Of a stretch of DNA of 64,000 bases, positions 23,720-37,587 are shown in pieces (position 1 is the first letter of the stretch; each line of letters opens with the position of its first letter). Origin of the DNA: Octopus sinensis (lineage: Eukaryota); NCBI RefSeq assembly GCF_006345805.1, contig NC_042997.1, positions 138,198,001 to 138,262,000 of the forward strand, written 5' to 3'. The translations under genes and the position numbers were made by a program. The notes under the pieces were generated by a model. It was not told the DNA's origin, ran no database searches, and saw only the letters and a program-made list of their open reading frames with translations.

Positions 23720-26019
23720 CTGCAGAGATGCTCAAAATATCTGGTAGTGTCGGCTATAGCCTAGTCACCCGTATAGTTAACAAGGTGATACACGAAGGAG
23801 TCATTCCCAATGACTGGTGTAGCAGCATAATAGTCAGCTGCTACAAAGGTAAAGGTGACGCCCTAGATACAAATAACTACAGGGGTATCAAGCTGCTGGA
23901 TCAGGTAATGAAGGTTATGGAGAGGGTTATAGCCCAACTAATTAGAGAGAGAGTTAGCCTAGATCAGATGCAGTTTGGGTTCGTGCCAGGGAAAAGTACT
24001 ACTGATGCTATTTTCATGGTAAGACAGCTGCAGGAGAAATACCTAGCCAAAGACAAGCCCCTATACCTGGCTTTTGTTGATATGGAGAAAGCCTTCGACA
24101 GGGTCTCCCGATCCCTTATCTGGTGGTCAATGAGGAAACTAGGGATAGATGAATGGTTAGTGAGAGCTGTACAAGCCATGTACAGAGACGCTGCTAGTAA
24201 GGTGAGGGTTGGCATCGAGTACAGTGAAGAATTCAGGGTAGAGGTTGGGGTCCACCAAGGTTCAGTCCTCAGTCCCCTCCTATTTATCATAGTCCTCCAG
24301 GCAATAACAGAGGAATTCAAGACAGGATGCCCCTGGGAGCTCCTCTATGCTGATGACCTTGCTCTAATTGCTGAGTCTCTATCAGAACTAGAGGAGAAGT
24401 TTCAGGTATGGAAGCAAGGTTTAGAATCGAAGGGCCTTAGAATCAACCTAGCCAAAACCAAAGTCCTAATAAGTAGGAAGGTAGACCAATCACAAACGCC
24501 TTCAGGTAGATGGCCCTGCTCAATCTGTAGAAAAGGTGCACCAAGTGTAAGCTATGGACACATAAGAGGTGCAGAAATGTCAAAGGAAGGCTAACTAGGA
24601 AGATGGTTATAGTATGTGGCAGATGCTCAGGAACAATAAACACTGAAAATGCTCTGAGACCAACTTCCGTCACTTTCCAGGGAGAAAAACTAGAAGTAGT
24701 TGATAGTTTCCGTTACCTAGGTGACCAAGTCAGTAGCGGAGGCGGGTGTGCTGAAAGTGTAACTGCTAGAGTAAGAATAGCCTGGGCAAAGTTTAGAGAG
24801 CTCTTACCCCTGCTGGTGACAAAAGGCCTCTCGCTCAAAGTAAAAGGCAGACTGTATGATGCATGTGTATGTACAGCCATGCTACATGGTAGTGAAACTT
24901 GGGCTGTGACTGCTGAGAATTTGCGTAAGCTCGCAAGAAATGAAGCTAGTATGCTCCGATGGATGTGTAATGTCAGTGTTCATAATCGACAGAGTGTAAG
25001 TACCTTGAGAGAAAAGTTGAACCTAAGAAGCATCAGTTGTTGTGTGCAAGAGAGACGTTTGCGCTGGTATGGTCATGTGATGAGAATGGCTGAAGATAGT
25101 TGTGTGCGAAAGTGCCACACCCTGGCAGTTGAGGGGACCTGTGGAAGAGGTAGACCCAGGAAAACCTGGGTCGAGGTGGTGAAGCATGACCTTCGAACTT
25201 TAGGTCTCACCAAGGAAATGACCAGAGACCGAGACCTTTGGAAGTATGCTGTGCGTGAGAAAACCCGGCAAGACCAGTGAGAACAGTCAAAATCAAACCA
25301 AATCAATTCATATATCAGAAAGCAGAACCAAATTGAGGTCGATCAACATCAGGGTCCCCGTGCAGGTTCATGTTCGTTGCCAGCCTCGCCTGGCCCCCGT
25401 GCCGGTGACACGTAAAAGCACCATCCGTTCATGGCCGTTTGCCAGCTCTGTCTGTCCCCCATGCCGGTGACACGTAAAAGCACCATCCGTTCGTGGCCGT
25501 TTGCCAGCCCTGTCTGGCCCCTGTGTCGGTGGCATGTAAAAGCACCATCCATTTGTGTCCGTTGCCAGCCTCGCCTGGCCCCCGTGCAGGTGACACGTAA
25601 AAGCACCATCCGTTCGTGGCCGTTTGCCAGCTCTGTCTGTCCCCCGTGCCGGTGACACGTAAAAGCACCATCCGTTCGTGGCCGTTTGCCAGCCCTGTCT
25701 GGCCCCTGTGTCGGTGGCATGTAAAAGCACCATTGTGTCCGTTGCCAGCCTCGCCTGGCCCCCGTGCTGGTGACATGTAAAAGCACCATCCGTTCGTGGC
25801 CGTTTGCCAGCTCTGTCTGGCACCTGTGCGGGTGGCACGTAAAAAGCACCCACTACACTCACGGAGTGGTTGGCATTAGGAAGGGCATCCAGCCGTAGAA
25901 ACACTGCCAGATCTGACTGGGCCTGATGAAGCCTTCCAGCTTCACAGACCCCAGTTGAACCGTCCAACCCATGCTAGCATGGAAAACGGACGCTAAATGA
26001 TGATGATGATGATGATGAT
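23717..26019 (+). mobile_element. 5'-truncated RTE-clade LINE, copy 2 (frameshifted by a 22-bp deletion in the zinc finger)
   Basis: RT from TAEMLKISG through NYRGIKLL, FVDMEKAFD, YADD; taggtagaaactctataagatg is missing at about 24538 relative to copy 1; 3' UTR array at 25350-25850; (TGA)n tail. Confidence 0.9.
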
Positions 26020-26094
26020 ATACACATACGTACATATATATTGTTGCCATTGTCAACAATGCCATTGTCAGAAAGGAAGAACAAAAAATGTCAA

Positions 26095-26137
<43 letters not shown>

Positions 26138-26498
26138 ATTGACATTTTTTAAGCATTTCTGACTTTCTGTCCTTGACTTCTCAGGTGATTATTCAGTCTT
26201 GTGGCAGATGTGCATGGTTTGAGGCATAGGTGACAGAAAAGTTGTAACATACTGTGTGCTTCCAACACACATTGCCATTTTCCCATTGCCATAGCACTTT
26301 CAGTGGATGGAATGACAAATGAAGTCACCATAAAGAGAGATTTGTACATTGTGGGATATATAGGCACATGTAAAACATGAGTACCACTCACTGAGTCCTT
26401 GTGATTAATACCCAGTGACCAGCCAATGTGAAATACCAGTAATCATGTGAAACAGCAGGTTTTACATCAGAGTATCCCTCTCCTAGAAGAATGTTGAG

Positions 26499-26730
26499 GC
26501 ATGTAGTTTAGTGGTTAGAGTGTTGGACTCATGATCATAAGATTGTTGTTTTGATGCCTGGACTGGGTGACATGTACTCTTGAGCAAAACACTTCATTTC
26601 ACATTGCTCCAGTCCACTCAGCTGGCAAATATGAATAATCCTGTGATGGACTGGCGTCCCATCAAGGTGGATAACTTCTTTGCTATGGAAACTGGGAAAC
26701 CAGCCCTTATGAATCAGCATGACTCGAAAA
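26499..26730 (+). mobile_element. tRNA-derived SINE, family B variant
   Basis: ggcatgtagtttagtggttagagtgttggactcatgatc head; gttcttgagcaaaacacttcatttcac-like body. Confidence 0.65.
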
Positions 26731-27028
26731 GGTAACTTTATATTTTTTCTTACCTCTCCTAGAAGGACACCATGGCAACAGCTTGGGGTTCCTCACTCCT
26801 GGTAGTTTTACAGTGTGTCCTGACTCTAACCAAGGGTATATCTTCATCCCTGCACTTAGATTGTCATCACATATATTAGTTAACCTATAGTTGGGAACCA
26901 GACAGGTGCTACAATTCTGGGTTAGAGTAGACCTAGGAACAATACTGGTGGTCCCAGGCTTCTCAAAATCCTGAAGCACCCAAACCAGATCCCCACTAAT
27001 GAATGCAATTTAGAATCATGCCCAGGAC

Positions 27029-27087
<59 letters not shown>

Positions 27088-27850
27088 ACACACACACACA
27101 CACACACAGGTACATTTCATACATATGTTTATAAGCATATATGTATGCATCTACATGTGGATGCACCTATGTGTGTATATCTGTCTATGCAATATCATTT
27201 CTAAAAAAAAAATCCATTTCTTTGTTGAGATAGGAACAAACAGTGACAAGAATATCTGTACAAATATTTAATTTCAGGCTATAAACAATAAAAAGAAAGA
27301 TCTATCTTTTGTCATAAGTATTTTTGTATTTGATTATTTAATTTTTGCTATGACATTTTATCCAATGAATTCTTTAGCTTCTCAGCTGATATAGAAAGAT
27401 GTCTGACTGCTGTGCTAATGTAGAAAGAAGTGCTGACTGCTGTACAAAACAGGAAGGAATCAATACTATGACCAATGAGTGGTAACAGACTTTTCACCAT
27501 AGAAATAGAGAAATTTTCTTGGAAGCTGAAGTATGACTAAGTGGAAATATTTTTTCTCCCCTAAAAATTGAAGTGACAGAATTCTGTCCAATTAAATTTA
27601 TTGTTGTTGTATAGGAAGATGGGGAAAAAAAGACAACTACAGTTCAAATTGCTGAAATGAAGCAAATATACATACATACATACATACATACATACATACA
27701 TACATACATGCATATACGTGTGTGTGTGTGAGTGTGTGTCTGTGCACGCATGCATGTGTGTATGTGGATGTGTGCATGCATGTGTGTGCATATGTGTGTA
27801 TGCATGTGCATATGTGCGTATGTATACCCATCTATTTATGTATGTATGTA

Positions 27851-28254
27851 TTCTTTATTCTTTTATTCTTTTATTTGTTTCAGCCATTTGACTGCAGCCA
27901 TGCTGGAGCACCACCTTTAATCGAGCAAATCGACCCCAGGACTTATTCTTTGTAAGCCTAGTACTTATTATATCGGTCTCTCTTGCCGAACCGCAAAGTG
28001 ACGGGGATGTAAACACACCCACATTGGTTGTCAAGCGATGTTGCGGGGACGAACACAGACACACAAACATATACGTATATATATATATATATATACAACG
28101 GGCTTCTTTCAGTTTCCGTCTACCAAATCCACTCACAAGGCTTTGGTCAGCCCAAGGCTACAGTAGAAGACACTTGCCCAAGGTGCCACGCAGTGGGACT
28201 GAACCCGAAACCATGTGGTTGGTAAGCAAGTTACTTACCACACAGCCAGTCCTC
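27851..28254 (-). mobile_element. Full-length family-A SINE
   Basis: Reverse complement of 13108-13547. Confidence 0.85.
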
Positions 28255-28974
28255 TATGTTTGTATGAATATATACAAATGGGCATACATCCATGCACAGA
28301 TACATACACACATGAATACATACATGCAAACATCCATCCAGCCATCAATCCATGCATACCCCCCCCCCACACACAAGTGAATGCATGCATGTATATTCCA
28401 AGGGTTACAATTTTGCACCTAGATAGAAAGTTTAAATAGGAGTACATCACTTCCTGGAAAAGGCCATTGGTTAAGTAACTTCGACTGAAAATTGTTCATT
28501 TTAGCTCTTGGCAGAAAAACTAAGAATATTGTATTCCACCAAGCACAGCAACAGACACTGAAACAACTTAACTAATTTAGAGTAATTACTCAAATTAATT
28601 TAGTATTTTGAAAAATTGTCTTTTTCCAGAAAATATTAGGAAACATAAATTTTCTTTGGAAATATAAGCATAAGTCAACCTGGATGTCACCAGATGACTG
28701 AACTGAGAAAACCAGATAGATCACTTTATCATTCAGTATGAAATGGGAGGCAGATGTGGCATCCAACCATCATCATGTTCTTGGAACACCAAGAGTGAGA
28801 CTAGAAGTCTACCAGAATTTGTCTGACAAGTTGGCCTGGGATTATAGTAGTAGACTCTCATCTAAGGTACTATGCAGTGGGACTAAAACTGGAATCATGT
28901 AGTTGGGAAGCAAGCTTCTTAATTGCACAGTCATACCTTTACCTATACTTGCATAAAAAATCATTATTTCAGAG

Positions 28975-29070
28975 AATTGCAGAATTAAAAAGCGACCATT
29001 CTTTGGGAGTTATGCCAATCCATACACACAGGAAGATCAAAGCTAACATGCCAGACATTGTTGTCAAAAG
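28975..29070 (+). pseudogene. Small R4/Dong-type restriction-like endonuclease fragment
   Basis: MPIHTHRKIKANMPDIVVK resembles the WDxPIxTDxxIxANRPDIVV motif (compare NNRPDIT at 61860-61890). Confidence 0.5.
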
Positions 29071-29073
29071 TAT

Positions 29074-29507
29074 ATTTGCTTGTCAGTTGTTTGACCTTAA
29101 CCAGTTGAGCATGTCCCTTAGTGGCTGACAATATGTGCATTTCTGATCATGAGCAGAAGTAGTGGGGGAGCATCATAGCTATGTGTTGAGAGGGATTCTT
29201 TGAGGTTTGAATAATTCAGCTTTGGAAATATGGGTGTTTCGTTCAACATCCCTAAACAACCCTTATTCAAGGACCTTTTGGGCAAGATGGGTTACTCAAC
29301 CAGAAGAAAATTGTAACTGGGCCCCACCTGCAAGGTCATGTGTCGTTTTTCTTGATATGAGATCACCATGTCGCGCACATATGGTTGTGATGCATGTGCC
29401 TAGTGTAACCTTATCAGACAGGTAGTCATGATGGGTATACTGGGCTTCGTATATTTTACCCCAGTGTCACTTTGATGGCATGCACTGCTCTCTCACACAA
29501 TAATAAT

Positions 29508-29555
<48 letters not shown>

Positions 29556-30669
29556 CTTAACTGATTGGAAGTGTTATCGTGTACATTGTTTTGTCTTGGT
29601 AGAAAAGATATGGGCTACAGCAAATATTCTGCTCAATACCACAAATTTACTTGTCAGTTGTTTGACCTCAACCAGTTGAGCATGTCCCTTAGTGGCTGAC
29701 GATATGTGCATCTCTGATCACAAGCAGAAGTAGTGGGGGAGCATCATAGCCATGTGTTGAGAGGGATTCTTTGAGGTTTGAATAATTCACCTCTAGAAAC
29801 ATGGGTGTTTCGTTCATCATCCTTAAACAACTCTTATTCAGGGACCTTTTCAGTGGGATAGGTTACTCAACCAGAAGAAAATTGTAACTGGGCCCCCACC
29901 TGCAAGGTCATGTGCTGTTTATCTTGATATGAGATTACCATGTCGCACACATATGGTTGTGATGCATGTGCCTAGTGTAACCTTATCAGACATGTAGTCA
30001 TGATGGGTATACTGGGCTTTGTATATTTTACCCCAGTGTCACTTTGATGGCATGCACTGCTCTCTCACTCAATAATAATAATAATACAAATACTATGCAG
30101 TACCAGGCAGTGGCTCTCATGGTTTCTGATCTTAACTGATTGGAAGTGTTATCATGTACATTGTTTTGTCTTGGTAGAAAAGATGGGCTACAGCAAATAT
30201 TCTGCTCAATACCACAGATTTGCTTGTCAGTTGTTTAACCTTAACTAGATGAGCATGTCCCTTAATGGTTGATGATATGTGCATCTCTGATCATGAGCAG
30301 AAGTAGTAGGGGAGCATCATAACCATGTGTTGAGAGAGATTCTTTGGGGTTTGGATAATTCACCTTTGGAAGCATGGGTATTTTGTTCATCATTCTTAAA
30401 CAACCCTTATTCAGAGACCTTTTGAGTAGGATGGGCTGCTCGACCTAAAGAAAAGTCTAACTGGGCCCCACCACCTGTAAGGTCATCTGCTTTTCTTGAT
30501 ATGAGATCACTATGCCATGCACATATGGTTGTGATGCATGTTTCTGGTGTACCCTTATCAGATTGGTAGTCATGATGGGAATACTAGGTTTTGTATATTT
30601 TACCCCAGTGTCACTTTGATGGCATGCACTGCTCTCTCACTTATTAATAAAGAATAATAATAATAACAA
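29074..30669 (+). repeat. Three head-to-tail, diverged copies of a ~430-560-bp retroelement 3' end, each with an (AAT)n tail
   Basis: Units at about 29074-29555, 29556-30085 and 30086-30669, all ending gcatgcactgctctctcac followed by AAT-type repeats, with different 5' truncation points. Confidence 0.85.
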
Positions 30670-30870
30670 CCCTTTCTGATATAGACCCGAAATTTTGAAT
30701 GAGGGGTCTAGTTGATTACATTGACCTTAGTATATGACTGGCACTTATTTACTTATTTCATCAACCCTGAAAGTCAGCCTTGGTGGAGTTTGAACTCAGA
30801 AATATAAGAACCAGAAGAAATGGTTGCTGAGCATTTTGTCTGACGTATTAACGATTCTGCCAGTATCTGC
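30668..30870 (-). mobile_element. SINE, (att)n-tailed family
   Basis: Reverse complement of 31995-32195. Confidence 0.7.
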
Positions 30871-30872
30871 CT

Positions 30873-30905
<33 letters not shown>

Positions 30906-31556
30906 CGCCGCCATCACTGTCGTGGTCGTTGTCCTTGCTGCCGCCGCAGCCACCGCCACTACTACTACAAATTATAGTAATGATAGTAACAAAAACAACA
31001 ATGCATTTTCCTTTTATATTTCATCTCTGTATTTCTATAGAAAGCTTCATATCTTCTAACTTCCTTCTTCCTCCATGCATCCAGCAATGGTAATTGGGAA
31101 ATTTGCTCCTGACAATAGAAACTGTTCAGCTCTACATCCATTTAAGTGTCCATCTTTCATTAGGGACACTTAAAAAGAATGTACACTCTACTTATCTTCA
31201 TCGAAAATATACGTATCTTATCAGCTAGCTGTCATTTTTCTCACCATTTACAGGCATCTATTGGAAATAAAGAAAAGAAGTTCATTGTTTTGGCAAAAGC
31301 ACATAAAACTGGTCAAGATATAAAGCTCTTCTTTTTCTATTAATCTATTTATTATATCATAGCTGAAAAGGGCCAAGAAATTTTCTTTTTCTTTCTTACT
31401 CTGTTTTCTATTTTTCCTTTTGATATTTTTATCACATGCCAATATCATATGAGCAATTCATTTTGTTACAAATTTTGTTATTTTGATTCAGATCCAAATG
31501 ATTGATGAAGAGAGATTAAGAGGTCATAGATGATTCTTTCTCTCCAGAGAGAGGGG

Positions 31557-31596
<40 letters not shown>

Positions 31597-31598
31597 GT

Positions 31599-31652
<54 letters not shown>

Positions 31653-31994
31653 AGTGAGAGTGCTATAGTAGAATAGTGTGAAGCCTAAAGTGTTGGAGTT
31701 CATAGATGTGAGGTTAAGATGTTCATTTTACAACCATATTATTTCAGGTTCAATCCTAATGCATGGATTGAGCAAGTATCTTTTATTATAACATTGGGTT
31801 GATCAATAACTCATTAGTGAAATTACTTAAACTGTACAAAAGTAATTGTACATACATACATACATACATACATACATACATACATACATACATACATACA
31901 TACATGCATACATACATACACCAGCCACATGGTTCTAGGTTCAGTCTCACTGTGTGATAGCTTGGGTAAGTGTCTTCTACTATCAGGTCATCAT

Positions 31995-32195
31995 CGTTAC
32001 TGTGCTGGGCAAAATACTTAGTAGTATTTTGTTTCTCTTTACGTTCTGAGTTCAAATTCTGCTGAGGTCAGCTTTGCCTTTCATTCTTTCAGGGTTGATG
32101 AAATAAGTACCAGTTGAGCACTGGGGTTGATGTAAATGATTTGCTTCTTTCCCTGAAATTGCTGGCCTTGTGCCAAAATTTGAAACCACTATTTT
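31995..32195 (+). mobile_element. SINE, (att)n-tailed family
   Basis: gttctgagttcaaattctgctgaggtc B-box-like motif; ends gccttgtgccaaaatttgaaacc. Confidence 0.75.
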
Positions 32196-32204
32196 TGTTG
32201 TTAT

Positions 32205-32700
32205 TTAACTTGACTCAGGTTTGGTATTATTCCTGGTAGGATTTATGAGGGTAGCAGGTTACTACCTGTAACTACAGGTATCCACAAGTTTTCAGCAGTC
32301 TTTCAAGTGCTTAGAACCCTTCTGATAATCATTGCTGTCTCTGAGAGTCAAACCTTCTGTAGGAACTCTATAGGGTATTCTATTCCAGTCCCTTTCAGCC
32401 ATTTATCTATATCTTTGCTTACTGTTCCCAACGCACTAATTATTATAGGCATGACCTTGATAGTTCTCATACTCCAGACTTTTCCTATTTCGAATTTTAA
32501 GGGATTGTATTGTTTTAGCTTTTCTTCCTCTTTCTTTTCAATCCTGGAATCAAAAAGGCATGATGGGTTGATTAGTAAGCAACTTCGCTTTTCCTTATCT
32601 ATTGTTATATCCGGTCTATTATTTTCTAACTTCTTGTCCATTTGAATAGGAAAGTCCCATAAAATCTTACATTTTTCTGACTCAAGTACTCTTTTGACAC
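32205..32700 (-). mobile_element. R4/Dong-type LINE 3' fragment (RLE endonuclease)
   Basis: KILWDF, NNRPDITIDK, PIIISALGTV, PIEFLQKV; closely similar to 61800-62277; flanked by ATT/AAT repeats. Confidence 0.85.
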
Positions 32701-32720
32701 AATTTTATATCATCATCATC

Positions 32721-32763
<43 letters not shown>

Positions 32764-32810
32764 TATTATTATTTTTATTATTATTATTATTATCATCATC
32801 ATCATGGTTA

Positions 32811-32842
<32 letters not shown>

Positions 32843-33341
32843 GTTATTATTATCATTATTTTTATCATTATTATTATTGGTTTGTTTGTTTGCCATAAGT
32901 AGGTATGTGAGTTATTGCTCTGCAAAGTTTGGATATTTACCAAGCATAGCTGAAGGAATAATAAACAAAACGTTTATTTTAAGATATTTACTTTTGAGAA
33001 TTCTTCTAGAATATTATGGACTTCTCTTATACTGGGTGAGAAACAAGGCTTGCTGTTTTTTTTAATCTTTTAAACATCACTTTTTATTGTGTTTACATTC
33101 AGCTCAAGATGGCTACAAGACATAAAAACATGCCCATGTAATTCAACTGAATGTGAGCATAGCATAAAAAAACAAAAAAATATAGAAAAACTAAAAGAAA
33201 AATATTAAAATATTTCAGATGCTGTAAAAAATGATCACTCTTTGATAAGAAGCAGCAATTTTAACTTGAACATTTACAACAATAAACCAAACAACAACAT
33301 CAAAAACAATATACACATATGCACGCATGCACGCACTCACG

Positions 33342-33373
<32 letters not shown>

Positions 33374-35013
33374 TTTTGCCAAACAAAAATAATACTGAAA
33401 CTTTTTAATATCAACAACAAATATAGAAATGTAGCTTTGTATCTTGATAATGCTTCCAGCAACAAAGAAATTCTATATATGAGCTATTTAACTGAAAGAA
33501 CTGTTTGGCAGTATTGTGTAACTGAAACAAATACGTTTTTGCTTGAAGCTATCACACAAGTGTGAGAGAGGATGGAGGTGACTTGTTTGTACATTTTCAA
33601 AGCTGGAGAAAGCTCTGGTCAATGTGTGGAGTGAAATTGCCTCTCTAGGGACAGGGCTGATTATCTTGTTTTAAACTGGGGATGATGTAAGGAGACAAAT
33701 CAAGCAAGTGCATCACATATGTACCCATCAGCTATTCTCCGCCACAAAGATATATGAAATATAAAGATACAAAGGACACTGAGAAAGATATTAAAGATGA
33801 TGTAGGATCTTGACTGCCATTTTTGTAGTACAAAATAGACTAATGGTAAGTATTGATTTGAGCATTAATGAAATATTGGGCCTCCGTAGATAAATCAGTC
33901 TGGATGACATCTGAAGATCTCAAAATGATTCCAAAATTGTACCCTGTAGCAGGTGTAGAAGAAAGGGCTTTAAACCTTGCAGTGCAGAGTAGAAAGCTCA
34001 GTTGCTACACATATGGCAGTAAGAGTCATGTAAGAGCTTTCAACTCAGAAAAGTTGGAGTATTTGAAAGCAAAGAATCAATGCAGATAGCAACAGTAAGA
34101 CTAGGCCACAAGGCCGCTGTTTACAAGACACAAGTTACAACTCTGCAAACAAGAGAGAAGATTTGCCTCACCCTCAGTCTCAGGAATCTGACCAAGAAGT
34201 CAGTAACTAAGAATTTTACAAGGAAGAAGTTCCTCCCTTCCAGTTATGCTCTTCCATCTTCTTGTGATGATGGGATAAGATTGGAGAAACGTAGCAAGCT
34301 GTTGGGGTGGTCAGAAAAATATAAGAGTGAGGACAAAAGTAAGGGCCAAGTAGAAGTTATGTAAGGCTCAAGAAAAGGAGTCTCATACATCTTCTTCATC
34401 ATCTCTTACTTGCTCTGTTCCTCTCTTTCCCTTTTCTCCTCTCTCTTTTCAACTGGATAATTACATATCTCCTCTATTGCAAGACACCTGTTTATGCCCC
34501 CTACCATATTCTAACCTATCACCACCTGGCATGAAGCCACCGGCCTCAATACAACTTTACACTCAGTTGGGGAGTCTTGTCTTGCAAGTTACTTGGTAAC
34601 CTCATTGGTGTTGGTGCCATGCAAAAAGCACCCAGTATGCTCTGTAAAGTGGTTGGCATTAGAAAGTGCACCCAGCTGTAGAAACCAGGCCAAACCAGAG
34701 CTTGGTGCAGTCCTCTGGCTTGCTAGCTCCTTTCACACTGTGCAACTCATGCCAGCATGAAAAATGGATGTTAAATGATGATGATAATGATTTATCAACA
34801 TCATCATCATAATTGGTGGTGAGCATGCAAAACTGTTACCATGCCAAGCAAAATGCTTTGGTAGCATTCATCCATCTTTAGATTCTGAGATTGACTTTGC
34901 CTTTGATCCTTTCAGGGTCAATAAAATAAGTACCAGTTGAGCACAGGGGTCAATGTAATCAACTTATTCCCTCCCTACAAATTTCTAGCCTTGTGCCAAA
35001 ATGTGAAACCATC

Positions 35014-35051
<38 letters not shown>

Positions 35052-35061
35052 GATTATTATG

Positions 35062-35158
<97 letters not shown>

Positions 35159-36045
35159 CAGAGAGAAAGGTAAGTTAAATGTAAAAATAAATGCAATCGA
35201 AAACAGAGAGTAAAGAAACAAACCTGATGTGAATAAATATTTCTATATCAAATCTGTTTTACTGGAAAAAGATGGAAGTTGAAGAAAATAACGCCTCCTC
35301 AGGAAATGAATAATTCTTATGAAATATTTCTACATTTTTATGATAAAAATAACCTTAACATTATGAAGAAAAATAAAATTTTTCCAAAGTTTTAAAAACA
35401 TTTTTAGCAACATGGTATCTAACTACGACATAAAATATATTATGACATTTAGAAGAGATTTTGTAATTCATTTTCAACTTATTTAGAATTTCTTTAGCTG
35501 CAGTACAGATTTAGAGTTGGTGATTCATATGGTTCAAATTGCATAGCCATCTATAGTAGCTATCACAGTTCCTTTTGGTCCTAAGTTCTGTACAGAACAT
35601 ATTTTCCTCTCAAACCCTTCATTCCCAGAACAGCTTATCAGACCCACTATCCTGAAATTATGAGTGCAACTCCCTAATTACAAGGCTATGCACCTTTACA
35701 TATACAGATATACACACATACATATGCACACACATATAAATAGGACAGGCTATAATTTAGGATGTTAGCTGACAAAGTAGATACAGTGAGACTGAACTCC
35801 TAGACTCATGGTTCTGAAATGAATTTCTAACCACAGAGCCATGCCTGCACCTATATATATATTTAATGATTAAATATAATGATCAATGAAAGTTGGAGTC
35901 ATCAATCAGGTCAGGCTAGACAGGTTAAGAGGTGAGTTTAATCTCATAAATTTCCTAGTGCAACAAGCAAGAAGAATAGGCAGCAGACTCGTAGAAAAAT
36001 GTCAATTTGGTTTTAAATCCTAGCTCCAAAATTTGGTTGTTATAC

Positions 36046-36079
<34 letters not shown>

Positions 36080-36245
36080 CACACACACACACACACACAC
36101 GTGGTTAAGAAGTTTGGCCTGCAACCTTGGACAAATGTATTCTACTATAGACCTGGACTGACCAACTGACAGATATCTTGTGAATGAATTTGGTTGATGG
36201 AAACAGAGTGGAAGTTCATTGTATGTGTGAGTGTATATATATATA

Positions 36246-36313
<68 letters not shown>

Positions 36314-36317
36314 TATA

Positions 36318-37528
36318 CAGGGGTTGGACGAAATAATGGAAACACCTTAAAATTTCAAACAAATTTATGTTAATATGGGGCAGGACTGCCTTTGGCAGAA
36401 ATTAAAGCTTGAATTCTATGAGGTATGGACTCGTACAAAGTTTGAATTGTTTCCAAAGGAATTTTTGTCCATTCTTCAACTAAAACACTCTCCAGTTCTT
36501 GTAGTGATGATTGTGGAAGATATCGACCCCTTACTTGTTTTTTCTAAATTGCACCATAAATGCTCAATAATATTGAGATCTGGGAACTGTGGTGGCCGGA
36601 TAAGATGTTTAACTTTACTAGAATGTTCCTCGTGCCATTCAGTAAAAACTTTAGCTGTGTTAATTTGTGCATTATCATCCTGAAAGATTGCATTTCCCTC
36701 CGGAAACAGTTCCGCAACCATAGAATGAATTTGATCCGATAAAATGCTTAAATAGTCTTGACTATTAAATTTTGCTATGAGGGGAAACCATTGGGATGAA
36801 GGATTTCCAAGATATAGCCTGTGTTTAACAGTTGGAAGAAGGCAGTCTGGGTCAAATGCTTCACACATATACTTGGCCAGCATTGGAAATAAGGTAAAGG
36901 ATGACTCGCCTGAGAAAATAACATTGTTCCACTGCTCTAGGGACTGTAGGTTTTTACTCCACTCAAAATGCTTTGCAATGTTTGGATTTGAAAGTAGGGG
37001 TTTTTTGATTGCAGCCCTCCTGTGAAATCTGGCTTTGTGCAGCTCTTGGCAAGCAGTTTTTGTGGAAATGGGTTTTTGAGGTGATCATTAAGCTCTGCAG
37101 TAATTTTGGGAGCTGTACTTTTGTGATACTTTCTAACAATTCACATAAGAGTCTGACAGCCCCTATCTGAAAATTTTAGTTATCTTCCAGAGTTTTGTTT
37201 CAACAAGGAGGTTTTTCCCTCTTTCTCAAAGGCTGTCATTACTTTCATGACTACTTCTTGATACACCAAACATTTCAGCTGTTTTTGTTATGTTAGCACC
37301 TGCCATACGAGCACCAACAATTTGACCTTTTTGAAAGTCTGATAGATCTGTCATTTTAATGAATTTTAATTAACTTCTTCTGATGATATCTGAAAAGAAA
37401 CAGCAATTTTAGTAAAGCATATTAAGCAACACTAATAATAAATCAAAAAGCATAAAAATAAAGAAGCTTTTGATGGTTTTATAGATATTTCAAAATTGTG
37501 ATGCTAGGTGCTTCCATTATTTTGTCCC

Positions 37529-37529
<1 letters not shown>
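36318..37529 (-). mobile_element. Degraded Tc1-like transposon with DD36E spacing
   Basis: TIR caggggttggacgaaataatggaaacacc after TA; partly deleted right TIR; FQDDNA..PPQFPDLNIIEHLW with 36 codons between D (36674-36676) and E (36563-36565). Confidence 0.8.
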
Positions 37530-37579
<50 letters not shown>

Positions 37580-37587
37580 TACATACA

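Noticed and set aside
23362-24594. 410-aa ORF as a novel low-complexity/RT fusion protein
   Set aside because: The N-terminus is translated microsatellite that happens to be in frame with a 5'-truncated RTE.
21550-25850. CRISPR-like look of the ~30-60-bp repeats with internal palindromes
   Set aside because: Intervening segments are themselves repeated rather than unique spacers, there are no cas genes, the context is eukaryotic, and the arrays lie inside RTE 3' UTRs.
33560-34340. Possible L1/Tx1-like C-terminal remnant on the minus strand
   Set aside because: Only a weak CxxC-like motif among many stops; cannot be assigned.
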